The translations under genes and the position numbers were made by a program. Positions 49,833 to 63,737 of a stretch of DNA of 64,000 nucleotides are shown in pieces (position 1 is the stretch's first letter; each line of letters opens with the position of its first letter). Source of the DNA: Lama glama. Taxonomy: Eukaryota. The stretch covers positions 6,636,001-6,700,000 of the forward strand of contig CM052816.1 in the NCBI GenBank assembly GCA_028534125.1, in the 5' to 3' direction. The notes under the pieces were generated by a model. That model did no database searches. It was not told where the DNA came from and worked only from the letters and a program-made list of their open reading frames with translations.

Positions 49833-52109
49833 AAGTAAATGTTATCTTCTGCATTTCAGCACTGAGGGCATCCAACCCATATCATGGATGATAGCACTCA
49901 CATTATTTGACTTCTTCTTTCAGTACCATGGGCATTTGCATGAGAGCCAGCTCTCATCTTAACTATTACCCCACTGTTGTATGTACTCCAATAAAAACAG
50001 ACATTCTTGATTCTCTAGGTCACTCCAAGGGCTTCGTGAAACGAGGACATCTGGGAGGAGAATTTTAACTCAAGATGGAAATGACAGAGAACTGTACCCA
50101 ACTATACCCTAAGTCAGAGACTTCTGCCTGCCCATCAATGATAGTAGTCTAAGACTTCACTCGAGTGAAAGTTCCACACTGGAAGTCCAAAGATGAGAAC
50201 TCCCTAAACAACTCTATCACAAAAGCTACTGCAACGTCACTTGATTGTCAATATTCTGCAAATAATGCTCAGTTGCCAATATTCTTCAAGCAAAATTCTA
50301 TTACTCATTCTCTTTATGTAACACACCGTTACCAAACTTCTGCCACAGATACTTGTTTTCCTACTTGTGTTCTGCCTGGATGTAAGGACAATCAGTATCT
50401 CCAGGCAGAACTACATCCGTATGCTTAGGAGTGAAGCCACAAGATGCTGCTGAACGAGAAAAGAATGATGAACAGGGGACTGGACACAGGAGAGGCTTAG
50501 GAGGGTAATCTGCCCAGCACTTATCTTAAACTCCATTCATCTCACCTAGATGGTGCATGACTTAATTTAAGTTAAAAAAAAAAAAGGTTAAGGAAATATC
50601 TGAAATTGATCACATCAGAAATATTCTTTTGATGTAACATGTTTTGAGTGGGGGCTGATGGGAAGCCCACCTCCACCTCCCTTGTGGCCACTGTCAGGTA
50701 CTAACCACTAGGACAAGGAAGGGACCAAAAATATGAAGCCAGATGGCCAGCCAGGTCTGGGATTTTCTGTGAAGGTTCCCAGCTCTGTACTTCCCGGCCA
50801 GCGCTGCCCCATATGGAGGCACTGCAATTCCCCACACGCAGCCAGCAGGAGGTAACACAGGGGTTCCCAGCAGGCGGGCTTGCATCAGAGAGCTTTGGCA
50901 GGAAAGCCTGGGGCAAACCCACCTGAAGCCTGCAGCACAAAGGTGTGATTACCCAGCCAGCACCTCGGAATAAGGATTAAGAGGATTCTATCACGGGGAT
51001 AGCAGAATCTTAATTGGAATCCAAGTTGCTATATTTGCATCTCTAGAATCTGAGCCTTCAGGTTTCCCAAATGATGAGCTGCTATCACTCTAAGAATCCA
51101 GCTCATCTTAACAGTTCTGAGCAAAGGGGTATCTCAAGCATACTTTCTTCCTTAATGCCCCCCCAATACCTAACTGGGGGTCCAGAGAGTGGAATCTCAC
51201 ATTAGCTTAGAAATTTCAGCACAACCCCCTCATCTGCTTCTGAGTTTCAATTACAATAGTGTAATGTTCTTAAAATCTGTCTTTTATTTGGAAAGATAAA
51301 CACAGCAGTTTAGTCATTTCATTGCTATGTCAATTTGCAAAGAAAATTCTATTTAAACTCAGTGACTGGCCCACTGCCACCATCCCAGCCAGAGGCAAGC
51401 TGTCTAAAGGGACAAGAGAGGTGCCAGCAGAGTCTCCTCGGGGGGATGATGCAGCCGGCAGGAAACCTCCCCTCCTCCCCTCAGATGTCCCCTGAGATGC
51501 TCCAGGGGTTTTCTCAGTATCTAAAGCCCATACTTTGTAACAAAGATTGATTTTTTAAAATTTCTTTCAGCTGATTTGCATATGCCTAGCATTACTTAGA
51601 TATCTATGATGTGTCCAGCACTAAGCTAAGCATTCACATACAAACTCATTTGATCCATCCTTTGAAAAAGTTCTCATTATCTTCTGTCTAGTGGGTGAGA
51701 AAACAGAAAGCAGACAATTAAATGACATAAATAAATTGTCACATTCTGTAGTCCCAGTGTAATCCCAGGGTTCTCTGCCCACAGCTGACATGTTTAACCA
51801 CAACTGCATGCTAACTTGTACACCATTCACCTGGCCCACCTCTAACTATGCGGGACCAAGTAGACAATAAAAGGTTGTTAAAGAAATGAATGACTGAATG
51901 TCCCTGAAGTGACTCCTAATATTGGCCATATGTTATAGACTGGTTAAGCCCTAATCCAGATCACACCCTAACTCAAATCTCACTTTGAGATTGACCCTCC
52001 AAGTCAGGTTATGGTACATGACCATCTGACTCCAGTCAGAGGCTGACTCTTCACCATCTTGTGTGCATCTAATTCTGTAACCCTGCCCAGCTGAAAAGCA
52101 GTCTTTCAC

Positions 52110-52460
52110 CCAAAGTCATGCTTGTTCCAACCACAGGGACTTTGTAAATGCTGCGCCTTCTGCCTGAACCATGCTCCTGCTCCTTTTCACCTAAGCATCA
52201 GTTCAGTCATCATTTTGTCAGGGATGCCTTCATGACCCCCTGGTCTTGGTCAGGTCTCTTTACTAAACACTCCTGCAGAGCTGCATCTCTTATCTTTCAT
52301 AACCTTATCTCTATCTATGATCATTCAGACACTGATGCCTGTCTCCCCTGCCAGACGGTATGTTCTAGGACAGCAGGGAGTGTGTCTCTTTCAGGACAAC
52401 AGTGAATCCCCAGTGTCCACAATAGCATCTGACTTATGTCAATAAACACTTGTCAGTGAC
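52110..52460 (+). mobile_element. L2 3' fragment
   Basis: CAGGGACTTTGTAAATGCTG...TGTCTCCCCTGCCAGAC...TGAATCCCCAGTG...CAATAAACACTTG. Confidence 0.7.
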
Positions 52461-53664
52461 TGTCTAGACCATGTCCTCATCAAAGCCACGAACTGGAAAC
52501 TCACATGGTTCAAAGCTACCAAATAAGCACGCTGGTAAAACTGAGTGAAAGGTAAGAAATTAGGGAAGACTAACTCAAGGGATAGGTCCTACTGATACTG
52601 AATGTTCTTTCAAAATGAAAGACAACACATTAAACTGAAAAATTTAGAACTTTAACTAATGTATCAGTGAAACACAAGATGTTTTCCTTGGTTTGGCATA
52701 TTTCTCATCCTTTAAATTTCTTTCCCACTCTTCTTACACAATGTCAACAGGACTTACAGTAACAAAAGATATGATTACTTTACTACCTGTCTAAAGGAAA
52801 TTCTATTATATCCGATTCTAAGGGAAAGTTCAAATTATTTTGTTCAACAAAGTTTTGTTGTGGAAGATATAGATTAGGTATCATTAAGCCATTCTTTAAG
52901 GCTGGAAGTATGCAAATACAGAAACTTCCATTGCAAGGTTGAAAATCTTTTGAAATAAGATTTAATATGTAAATTATTTTCAGAGAAGATAACCTAGAGG
53001 AAGTGATGGTGTGATGTGTATACTTGCACAGCTGACTTAATTTCTTAATTCATCAAATATTTACTGGATGTCTGCTCTGTGCCTAGCACTAGGCGATGTT
53101 ATTGAAAAACAATCCCTTTCTCAGCAAAGCACTATGGTTTGGTTATGTGTACTCTGTATACAGCAAGGAAACGAGCACCCAAAGATGGCTGCTCAGAAGT
53201 CCCTGGTGCATGGCTAGTGCTAGAGCTGGAAGCCTGTTTTTCCAGAAAGCCCCCTCCAGTTGATGGAGGGGGCCCCAGGGCACCTGGGGTGGAGGGGAGG
53301 GGAGTCTGCTGCTGGGGCTGAGCTTTAGGCCATAGTTCGAATCAGGGATCACTCTGGCTGGAGTCAGAGGTTCACCCTGTGAGAACAGAAACTCTCTCTG
53401 GCTTACAAGGATATCAAACTATTATGAGTTATTTTACTTTTTATAGGATAAAATAGAACCCAGGGGCTCAGGATTGTCATTGATTCAACAAAGAGAAACC
53501 ACCTCTTCTAATGGTAGAAGCAGAACCCATTAGGAGAAAGGAAATCTGGGTTCCCATCCTGTCTGGGCCACTGACTCTCTTGGGTCCCTACTACCTCTCT
53601 GCAATAGTACCTCTGGGAGCAGTCACGGTGTCCCCAACTGCAAAATCAATGGGTTGGACTGCAG

Positions 53665-53812
53665 CAGTGATTCTTAACCTCGGTTGTATGCTGGAATCAC
53701 CTGGGGAGCTTTAAAAACCACACTGATAGCCTGGCTCCAACCCCAGAGACTCCAGTTTTAAAATCTCACCAAATAATTCTAACGTGCAGCAGCCAAGTTT
53801 GAAAAACACTGG
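53665..53812 (-). mobile_element. MER5-family MITE
   Basis: CAGTGATTCTTAACC...GAATCACCTGGGGAGCTTTAAAA...GTTTGAAAAACACTG. Confidence 0.8.
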
Positions 53813-53870
53813 GCTAGGCAGTCTGGGGGCCTCGTTCAGCCCCAATATGCCACAGTTTTGCAGTGTAAGA

Positions 53871-54040
53871 CAGTAGTTCTCAAACTTTAATGTGCTTAAG
53901 AATCACCTGGGAAGCCTATTTTAAAAATACATTTCTGGGGTCCATCTGCAGATTCCAGTTCTGTAGATTTGAGCTGGGCCCCAGGAATCTGCATTTTGAA
54001 GTACCCCAAGCCCTAGGAATACACTGTGAGACACACTAAT
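53871..54040 (-). mobile_element. MER5-family MITE
   Basis: CAGTAGTTCTCAAACTTTAATGTGCTTAAGAATCACCTGGG...GGGCCCCAGGAATCTGCATTTT. Confidence 0.85.
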
Positions 54041-54914
54041 CTAAACATTAGCTCACAGGCAGGACTCCATTTCTCATTATCATCATAATTATCACACAGG
54101 CTTTCAGACCCAAAGCTCACAGCTAGGAGGGATAACGGTTAACGCAGAGCTGCCCAACCACCAGAATCAGTCTCATCACTTGGTCTATGGCAGGGCTGAC
54201 AGATGGCAGGAGGAGGGCCCCTTGGTTTTTGGGGAAAATAACATCATGCTGCAGTATGCCACTGCAGAGGCAGAGACAGCCTAAGATTGATAGTCTATAA
54301 TGCTGCTGAAATCTACCATCACCTGAGCATCTTGTGACATCAACAGTGATGCCACTGGCCATTATCAAATCACCCAGGGTGCCCAAGACTGATTTACAGC
54401 TGTAGAAATGATGCCTACCATCTCTAGGTACATACGCAAAAAAAAAAAAGTGACAAAACCTGACTGTAATTTAGCATTCATTTGCATTTTTAAATTAGTT
54501 AGGCTGTGGACCGTTGCAAAGCAATGACAGAGAATTTTTATAATAATTAGCCTTGTGGGATGGGGGAAAGGGAGGCAGGGAATGGCTCTGCCTCATGATT
54601 TCACTAGAAGGAAAAACACCATTCAGCATCTCAGGTCACCAGATCTGATTATGATTTCCTGGTCCCCACTGACCTTGTGGACCATGTAAGCTTCTCCAAA
54701 ATCTCAGCTGAACATTCAGGTCTGTATCTGTCCTCCTTTTCTGAGGCTAACTCAGCCTCCTCTTCTCTCCCTATGTAGCCCAAATAGCATTTCCTTATGT
54801 TGGCTGAATGCCACTATGTTCCCTTTTGTTCTCTTTCTTTATGGCTGAATTCAGCTCCATTCTGTACAAATACTCGCTCAGTACATGTCAACAGCATGAT
54901 GCACCTGCTAAAAA

Positions 54915-55160
54915 ATAACTGACATTGATAGAGCGCTTCACAGTTTGCAAACAACATTCTCATCTATTATCTCAAATGAATCTCCCAATATTCTCTGGGG
55001 GGGTAACCAGAGTAGCAGTTATGGTCCCATAGTTTATCGATCAGAAAACTGAGGCTTGGGGAGATCTAGTGACTTGCCCAAAGTCACACAGCTAGTAAAT
55101 GGCTTTGCCAAGACTGGAATGGGATCACTCAACTCCAAAATCTATATACCAAGTTGTTTC
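54915..55160 (-). mobile_element. MIR SINE
   Basis: AGAAAACTGAGGCTTGGGGAGATCTAGTGACTTGCCCAAAGTCACACAGCTAGTAAATGGC. Confidence 0.85.
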
Positions 55161-56009
55161 AACATCAAGGTGCATTAAAAAAGGTAGAGGGCTCACAATA
55201 AAGAAGAGTAAAATTCTGTTCTCTGTACAGTTCAAACCATTCAAACACAGCAAGGTACTCCCCCTCAGAGCACCATGCTCAGAGTTTTGAGAAGGAAATT
55301 GCTAACTGGAAAAGCAAAGGAGATTTTTAAACCCTGTCATGCAAAGAATGACAGAAACTAGGAACAGTGAATCTAGAGAACACTCAGAAGGCTGATAAAA
55401 GCAACTGAAAGGGATTCTTAGGAAAGGGAAGGCACTTGTTCTGTATGGCTACAAAGGAATTGTACAGAGGCAAATTTCAACCTGCTATGAGCATATCAGA
55501 ACTGCACAATGGTTAACGTCTCTGAAATCTAACTGGCTAGGTTCAAAACCCACTTCTACTACTTCCACCTAGGAGACTGGGTCAAATCTGTCATTTCTAA
55601 TCCTCAGGCTACTTGTATGTACAAAAGAAATACTAATGATGTCTACTTTACAGGATTGTCGGTACCACCCAATAATTTTAAAATAAAACCCCATCACGAC
55701 TTAATATTCAATAGGTAATAGTTACGATTACATCTTTGTTTTGTACACCAACGAAAGACCCTTACATTCACTTAAACCAGAAAATCTAATAAGTAGACTT
55801 TGGTCAGCCATACATAGTTGAAGAATAGTACCAAATAGAGTAAGGGAAGAGGAATCAACAAATCATTTTGCTTAGCCATAAGGGATCCTTGCAAACAGTT
55901 ACCAGCCCATTAGTTCCTTTCACTACGGTGGTTTCTGGAGACCAGATCAGTGAGGTAAGTGATGATGATTTGAGTGACACATGCCCCCAGCTGGGGAGAA
56001 ACTGGCTGC

Positions 56010-57750
56010 ACATTGTGACCACTTTCATACAACACTGTTTCGGTCTTACCTACTATAATAAAACAAGGAAAGAAAAGGCAGAGGAAGAGGGGAAAATGCA
56101 TGTATAAAATCTTTTTTAAAAACCCCAAAACTATAGATAAACTATTTCAATTAATGAGCAAATCAAGCAAGGTCACTAGATACAAGATCCATCTGCAAAA
56201 TGAGTTAAATTTCCATTTATTTGTTACATCAGAACTTACAAAAATAAAATTTTAATGAGCTTTTCATTTACAATATTATCCAAAAATCCCCCACCAAATT
56301 CCTAGGAATAACTGTTGTGAAAGATATATAAACCTCTATACTAAAAACTACAAAACATTATTAAGAAAAACTAAAGAAGACCTTAGTAAAAGGAGGAATA
56401 TGTTCATGGATTAAACATATTGGCATATTGTAACTATATCAGTTCTCCCCAATTTGACCTACAAATTCAAAATCTCATCAGATTTTATAATGCCAATTGG
56501 CTGCCTAATCCTATAATTTATACAGATATTTAAAATGCCAAGAACAGCCAAAGAAATCTTGAAGAAGGAAAACAAAGCTTCAGATACACGGTACCCTATT
56601 ATAAAGCTGTGGAATACACACACACTCACACAGAATCATTACCAGGTAGATTAAAGATCTAAAGGTAGAAAAAAAATTAAGCTTATAGAATAAAATTTAT
56701 AAGAACATAGCAATAATTTTGAAAATGGCAAAAAAATTTAACAGGATTCATAAAAGGCTATCCATGAAGGAAAAATAATGAATTGGAATTAAGTTTAGAA
56801 ATCTCTGTTCATCAAAAAAAAAAAAAACCCTTTAAGTAAAAAGGCAATCCACAGAGTCAGAGATGATAGTCACAGGACACATATCTGATAAAAGATGCAC
56901 ACACAGAACATACACAGAACTTCTATAAATAAATAAAAAGATAGATAATCCAACAGGAAAAAAAGACTTAAATGAGCACATCTCAAAAGAGGTTATCTAA
57001 ACAGCCAGTAAATTTATGAAATGGTGCCCTACCTCTTAGTCATTAAGGCAATACTGATTTAAACCACAATGAGATCTCACCATACACCCACCAGAATTTC
57101 TAAAAAGGAAAAAAAAAATCCATAAAAATTCAAATGCTGATAAGGATATTTAGCAGCAACTGGAATTCTCAAACACTTCTGACAGGACTATGCATTAATA
57201 TAAACACACTGGGAAATGATTAGGTAGCATGTAACCTATGACACAACAATGACATACTTAGGTACTCACTCAACAGAAATGCATCCATGTGTTAACCAAA
57301 AAAACATGTGAAAGGATGCTCATAGCAGCACTATTCATAAGAGCTCCAAAGTGGAAACTCTAAATGCCTATCCACAGTAGAATTATCACATCATGGTGTA
57401 ATACACAAAACGGAGTTCAGCAATGAGAAAGAACAAACCACAGCTACATGCAATGACATGGTCGAATTTCACAAATGCAATTTGAGCCAAAGTAGCCAGA
57501 CAAAAGGAATACCTATTTTGTACTTATGTATTAAACTCAAAAGAGTTATAACTGATTCATAACATTAGAAATCAGGATAGAACAGAGTGTGAGGAGGGCT
57601 TCTGGGGCACTGGTAATTCAGCTGTTGAAACTGTTGTTTCGTGATGTGGTGTCAGTTATAAGGATGTTAAAATTGTAAAAATTCATCAAGCTGTATGCAT
57701 AGAATATTGGTACTTTCCCATATGCATGTAATAATTCAGTAACAAGGTCA
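56010..57750 (+). mobile_element. Old, internally deleted L1 (ORF2 3' half and 3' UTR)
   Basis: GCAAGGTCACTAGATACAAGATC, AAAACTACAAAACATT, AAACCACAATGAGATCTCACC, CATAGCAGCACTATTCATAA and L1M-type 3' UTR motifs. Confidence 0.85.
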
Positions 57751-57904
57751 AAAAGAACTGAAAAAGCATCAAGAAAGAGATGCCTTTTTGGCTGGGACAC
57801 GAGGTACTTGAAGGGGAGTAGAGATAAATAAAACAACAAGAATTGGGTCCATGTTGACAAAGATCTCAAATGCCAGGAACAGATGTCGGCACCTTTCTCT
57901 AGAC

Positions 57905-58110
57905 CAGGATGTGAGGAGCTCCTTTAGTAAAGGGCTAGATGGTAAAGATTCTAGGTTTTGTAGGCCATGAGCTCTCTGTCCCAACCACCCAACTCTGACA
58001 TTGTAGCATGAAAGCAGTGATAGATAATATGTAAATAGATGCGTGTAAAAATTCCAATAAAACTTTGTTTATAGAAGGAGGGCAGGATTGCCCAGTGCGG
58101 CTGTAGAGAG
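57905..58110 (+). mobile_element. MER58A MITE
   Basis: GTAAAGGGCTAGATGGTAAA...CAACTCTGACATTGTAGCATGAAAGCAG...TTCCAATAAAACTTTGTTT. Confidence 0.8.
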
Positions 58111-59689
58111 TGAGAGCCATGGAATGTTTCTGAGCATAAGTCAGGGGATGAAAGCTGTGCTCCAGGAAAAACATTCTGACAGCACATAAAGAGTTATAAG
58201 GGAGACCCCTGCATTCATCCAGAAAGACATAAGTGGGACAGAAGATTACAAACACAGGGAGTATCAATAACTTATTTCTGTTTGGTCTGTCAGGTGCCTC
58301 CACAGCTGCTGCCTCACTCCTATAGGTGAACTGGGATGGAAGGCATGAACCCCACCCCCACCTCCATCCCTGCCACCCAACCCCCACACATACACAAACA
58401 AGAGTCCTGATTAACTGGCCGGTCAGTGTCCAGAAGACTGAATGCGCTGCTTTTTCCGGGGGTGGTGCTCTCAGAGACACACAGGCTTGATATCGCTTCC
58501 TGGGGTTTCTCGGTCCAACCATCCCCACATCTCAGGATGTTTTCTCTTCCTCTGGCTTACCAGCCAGGCCTTAGCTTTGTCTAGCCTTAAAGAGCTTAAG
58601 GAGACAATGGAAGAGGAGGGCACCTTTCCATCTCTGTGCTCCATTCTCTTTACTATCCACAGATGTGCATTTCACAGGGCCACCGTGGCAGGTGTCTAAA
58701 TCTGGGAGAAAAGTAGGCTATTTGGACTTTACTTGCCTCAACAAGAGGAAGCTAACGGCTGGTGCAGGCCATCCTTACTTTGGAGTTTAAAACTAAAGCC
58801 CAGCTAATAATAGTTACTTTGCATTTATCTCTTTCAGGAACTTCATAAGAGGAATAGCTGGACCAAAGAAGGACCTGTGTACTCCTGGGTCCTCTGGCTG
58901 TAAATAATCATAGTAACCCCCTCCATGGCACCGCAGTATCCCCTAACAGTTACCACTCCACTTGCCAGGCAAGTCAGCTCTCTAGGTAAACAGAGGAAGA
59001 ACTGCCTGACCTAATTCCAGACAATGGAGAAAACGATTAAGGAAATGCATCCCTCTGTTTCCTCTTGCCTCTCTTCTTGTGTTCTTCTGGTCGCCCTTCC
59101 TCTCCCCCTCCTCCCCGACCCAATACACCACTGAATGAATCAGATGGAGAGCAAAGAGCAGAGAAAACCAGTCTCTTCTGGCGTCTGAGCTTACTTAAAA
59201 TTCTCTTAGCTCCTGAAAATGAAGGAGGAAAGGCCTGTGGCCTCCTGTCCTGAGCCTTTTTCCCGCAGGCACTTCCTCTCCACCCCTCCTTCCTCCAAGC
59301 AGATATATTCACCTTGTTAATCATTCTACCTGCATCAGAAAACATTACCTCCATGACCACAAAATAGCAGCCTCATTACTGGAACCACAGCCCGCAGTCA
59401 GATGGATTTCCCCAAAGGCCCCCAAACCTTTCCCATTTTATTACCGTGTCACTCCTCATTTTAACACATATTAATCACAAAGATACATTTTTCCTGGGCT
59501 ATGGATTTAAGCAGCCCTTTCTAAGCTCTTGGTAAAGGTTGGTGCAGGGGAGGAAGAAAAAAGGAACGATTACATTGGCAAACTCGAGTTTTTATCCCAG
59601 TCTGTATATGCACAAAGCAGGATGTCTGACTTGTTGCAGACTTCAAAAACGTGTTAGGGACTCGTTCCTTTTGTGGGCAGGAGGCTGCA

Positions 59690-59900
59690 AAGCATACTGA
59701 ACGAGGATCTGGGGTTTAAATCATCCTGGTTTAAACCATGGCTCCACTACTTACTAGCTGTGTGACCTTGGACAAATAGTCTCCCTCTTCTACCCTCAGT
59801 TTCCTCATCTATATAAATGGGAATACTTCCTTCCAAAGTGAACGTGGGGCTTACATAACACAGACTCACAGCCTGGCCCACTGGAAGTGCTCAGTATACA
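59690..59900 (+). mobile_element. MIR SINE
   Basis: GGCTCCACTACTTACTAGCTGTGTGACCTTGGACAA...CCTCAGTTTCCTCATCTATATAAATGGG. Confidence 0.85.
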
Positions 59901-62900
59901 TGAGCCAATGTGTTTCTTCTTTTCTCATGCTTAAAGGACCCACATTAAGAACCTCATCTCACTCCATAAGAACAAGGACCACCCTGGCTGCTACATTCTT
60001 TCCTCTCTCCTGCTTCTCACAAAGAGTGATTACTGTTTGTTCTTTTACTTTTATTTAGTTTCAGGACTCTCTGAAATCTTTAAAGGGAAAAGCAAACTGT
60101 TTCCTCTCTCTTTTAGTGTTTAATGAACTTCTCTCCCGGCGTTTGCTATTTCAAAAATGGAACCCTTCCACCTTTCTAGGGTAGAGAAGATAAATTACTG
60201 ATTAGGGTCAGACTATCCATGGCAAAGAAGAAAATCAAGGTGTGTACCTCTCTCGTGCCAAGACGATGCTTTGATGGGGCTTTGGTTCTATTACCTGTGT
60301 AGTGGATTCAGGCTGCCTGGATCTAACCTCACTCTCATGCCATCCCCTCTTCTGAACCAACAGCCTGCAATGCCAGAGACCTGGTCAGGGCTACAGGTGT
60401 AGCTGATGACACAAGGGAAAGTTCATTAACTTTTATGAGGATGAAAACTATCATTGTGCCCTTGCGGTGGCTGAGCTCAAACCATTACATCCACAAGCGT
60501 AAGTCCAAGATGGCAAAAGGCAGAGTAACACTAGGCTCAGTGTTAGGGGCTTTGAATTCTACGCTGAAGTCTGCCACCAAATGACTACGGGTGGATGACC
60601 AAGTCACACTCCGCTTCCTGGCCTTAAGTTTCCTGGGTATTAAATGAGGACATTAAATCGGATGCCCTCTGAAGCCCCCTTTGGTTCCAAGACTGTCTAC
60701 ATTAGCAGATCCAATACTTGCCTGAAAGTTGTTATCCTTTGTTCTTCAAGGTAAGTTAATTAGTAAGTGGATTCACATATTAAAAGGGGAGACCCCAATC
60801 CACCCCAATTCATACATTAAAAGGGGACATTTCTCTCATATATTGTATTCTTGGCCAGTGACAGACACTGCTCTAACTCTTGTGTGGAAAAGAGAAGTTA
60901 AGTAGATGAGCACTACGTAGGGCTCAGAATTAAAGAAGGCAAGTAAATATAAATGGCACGTCTTTGTCAAGCCAGAAAAGGAGAGTCCAGAATTTTCCAG
61001 GGAAGGAATGTATGGTCTTTTTTTTCCCCCATGCAGCCTTAGGATGACTCGGCCTCAGGTTCCTGTCTTCTTCCAGGTTTCCATCAAGATTCAAGCTCTA
61101 AGGAAGGAGAATCGGATTGGTCTGTCTTGGGTCACCTGTCCTCTCTGTGGTAGGGAAGCGGAGGGTTCTGTGATTGGCAATCCTACCAAAGCTACATGAT
61201 GGGAGAGGAAGACATTCTCCTGAGGTGGAAAAAAGGGAGTTCCTATGTATCAGGCTGGAGAAATTCACCTCCCACAAAGAACGCATGGCCACCTTGGGGT
61301 TCTGTCCACCAGTTATTGGAAAAGGAAAAGTACTAGGGTTTGTCTGTCCTCTCAAGCCTGAAACAGCTAGGTCATCACTGTCGTGGCATGAGCAGATGTG
61401 CCTGGTGGGTTCTCCAAGGAGGGCATCTGCCCTGAGCCAGGCCCTCTGGCCCTTGGCTTCTGAACTTCTGAGAGATAGGCATTATCAACCCCTCCTGTAC
61501 TGGTGGAAATCAAGGCTCAAAGAAGCTACGTGAGCTGTCCAAGACCACAGAGAAAGTAAGAAGCAAAGCTGGATGTGAACCCACATTTGTATGGCTCCCA
61601 GGGCTGATCCTATTCACTACAGTCTGTACTAACAGATTAAAGGGGCAGGGATGCTTTCCAAGCTCCCACGTGGCAAGACCCAGAATCCTTAGGGCTTAGA
61701 TGAGAAATTTTGCCTTGGTCTTTCCCAGGTAGCAGCATCCCCACCAAAGAGGAGATGCTGGAGATTGAGAAGGAACCTCAAGGAAGCGTGGGGGTGTTGA
61801 CACCTCACCCTTTACTAAACACAGTTCATATTTCTGGTTACTTTTACTAAGCTTTGAAAGTTCAAAGCTCTTGAGAAATAAAAGAAAGCAAATATGATTC
61901 TTAAACTTCAATGCTGGGGAAGGAGAGAAAATGCAATCAAATCTCAATCTTCTCCAATGTTCCTACTCCTTAAAATTTACTTATGTTCCATAAAAGAAAT
62001 GGGTTAAATAAGAAGAAAAAAAATCTAAAACCCATCTCAAAAAGCCAGAAATTATATCTCTTCTTTTGAAACATGGCTTCTATTTCTGCTTCATTCCTAT
62101 GAGGTGAGGATGAACGACCTCAAGTCTCCCTTTTCTTAAATATTGCATCTTCCGTACATGGCTTTCAGCTGACCCTGTGATTGATCTGAGCTCCAGAAAA
62201 CACCACTGCAGTGACAAGCCTCTTGTGCTTTCACAACTAGTAGCCTAAAGGAGCCAACGTCCTGTCTCAGATAAGAAGACTTAAGACCAGAGTGTGAAGG
62301 TGATTTCTCAAAGTTATCATCAGGAGGACAGGGCCATATAATATGAAAACACATCCCTTCCCCCCTCCAAAAAAATGTGTGCCTGTGTGTGCATGCATAT
62401 GCCTTAGAGTCAGAATGATAAATAGGTATCTGCCTGCCCAGCTCTGATCCACTGCTGCAGTGACTACCAGAATCACTGAGTAGGAAGAGCCTGGGAAGAC
62501 ACATTTAGGAATTCCTCCTGCAGGAATAACTCTGGTGACTGATTACCAGTGTCTCCTTTGGTCACAGGAATGGCAACATATGTTTTGAGTATGTGTTGAG
62601 GAATATAGCAAGATTCTGATTCAAAATAGCTAAGATCAGAGTTCCAAATATGTTAAGGGCAACAGGAAAGAAAATGGTAGAAAAACAGACATGCTGTATA
62701 GCTGACTATCACCAGACAAGGCACAAGGCTGGTCCCCTTTCCTATACAGTAACTTATCCTACCACTCTGCCGTTCCTGTCCTCATCCTTTGAACCATCAA
62801 GGCTTTGGGGAACTTCTAAAGTCCTGACAGAGAAGTTCCACTTCTTTCCCTGTTAGCTTGCCATTTATGTACTCACATGTTAATTATCAAGTAGCATCTT

Positions 62901-62914
62901 AAGGATCAGGAACA

Positions 62915-63069
62915 CAGTGGTTCTCAAACTTTGTTACATGCTGCAATTACCTGGGGAGCTTTCAGAACCTCAAATGCCAAAGCCACATCCCAATTAAATT
63001 AGAATAGCTGTGAGAAGGGGCATCAGTAGCTTTAAAATGTCCTCAGCATCAAAGTTTGGGAACCACTGA
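62915..63069 (-). mobile_element. MER5-family MITE
   Basis: CAGTGGTTCTCAAACTTT ... AAAGTTTGGGAACCACTG terminal inverted repeats. Confidence 0.85.
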
Positions 63070-63249
63070 GCTAAGAGCTAAGCAATGAAGAGTAGAGATG
63101 GTAACAGAAACACAAAAGTAACAGGTGGAGGTACCAGAACCAAAGTTCTGGCTGTTTACTCTATGCGGAGGGGGGGGGGCGCTCACTCAATTCTGCCAAA
63201 GTCAGATGAAGGGCCCCCATGTGAAGATGACAAAAAATCTCTTAGGACC

Positions 63250-63729
63250 ATGTAATACTTCTCAGCCATAAAAAAGAATAAAATAACACCATTTGCAGCA
63301 ACATGGATGGAACTATAGACCGTCATTCTAAGTGAAGTAAGCCAGAAGGAGAAAGAAAGATACCATATGATATCACTCATATGTGGAATCTAAAAAAAAA
63401 GAAGAGAAGAAAGGACACTATGAACTCATCTACAAAATAGAAACAGACTTGCAGATATAATAAACAATCATATGGTTACTTGGGAAAGGGAGTGGGAAGG
63501 GATAAATTTGGGAGTTTGAGATTTGTAAATGTTAGCCACTATATATAAAAATAGATCTTTTAAAAGTTGTATAGCACAGAGAATTATGTTCAATATCTTA
63601 TAATAACCTTTAATGAAAAAGAATATGAAAATGAATATATGTATGTATATGCATGACTGGGACAGTGTGCTGTATGCCAGAAATCGACACAACATTGTAA
63701 CTGACTGTACTTCAATTAAAAAAAAAAAA
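63250..63729 (+). mobile_element. Young L1 3' end with poly(A)
   Basis: CAGCCATAAAAAAGAATAAAATAACACCATTTGCAGCAACATGGATG...GACTGTACTTCAATT followed by a poly(A) run. Confidence 0.95.
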
Positions 63730-63737
63730 GATTTCTA

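Noticed and set aside
57935..58528. Longest ORF (197 aa, minus strand)
   Set aside because: It runs through a MER58A MITE and a CA-rich tract and has no recognisable domain; likely a chance ORF.
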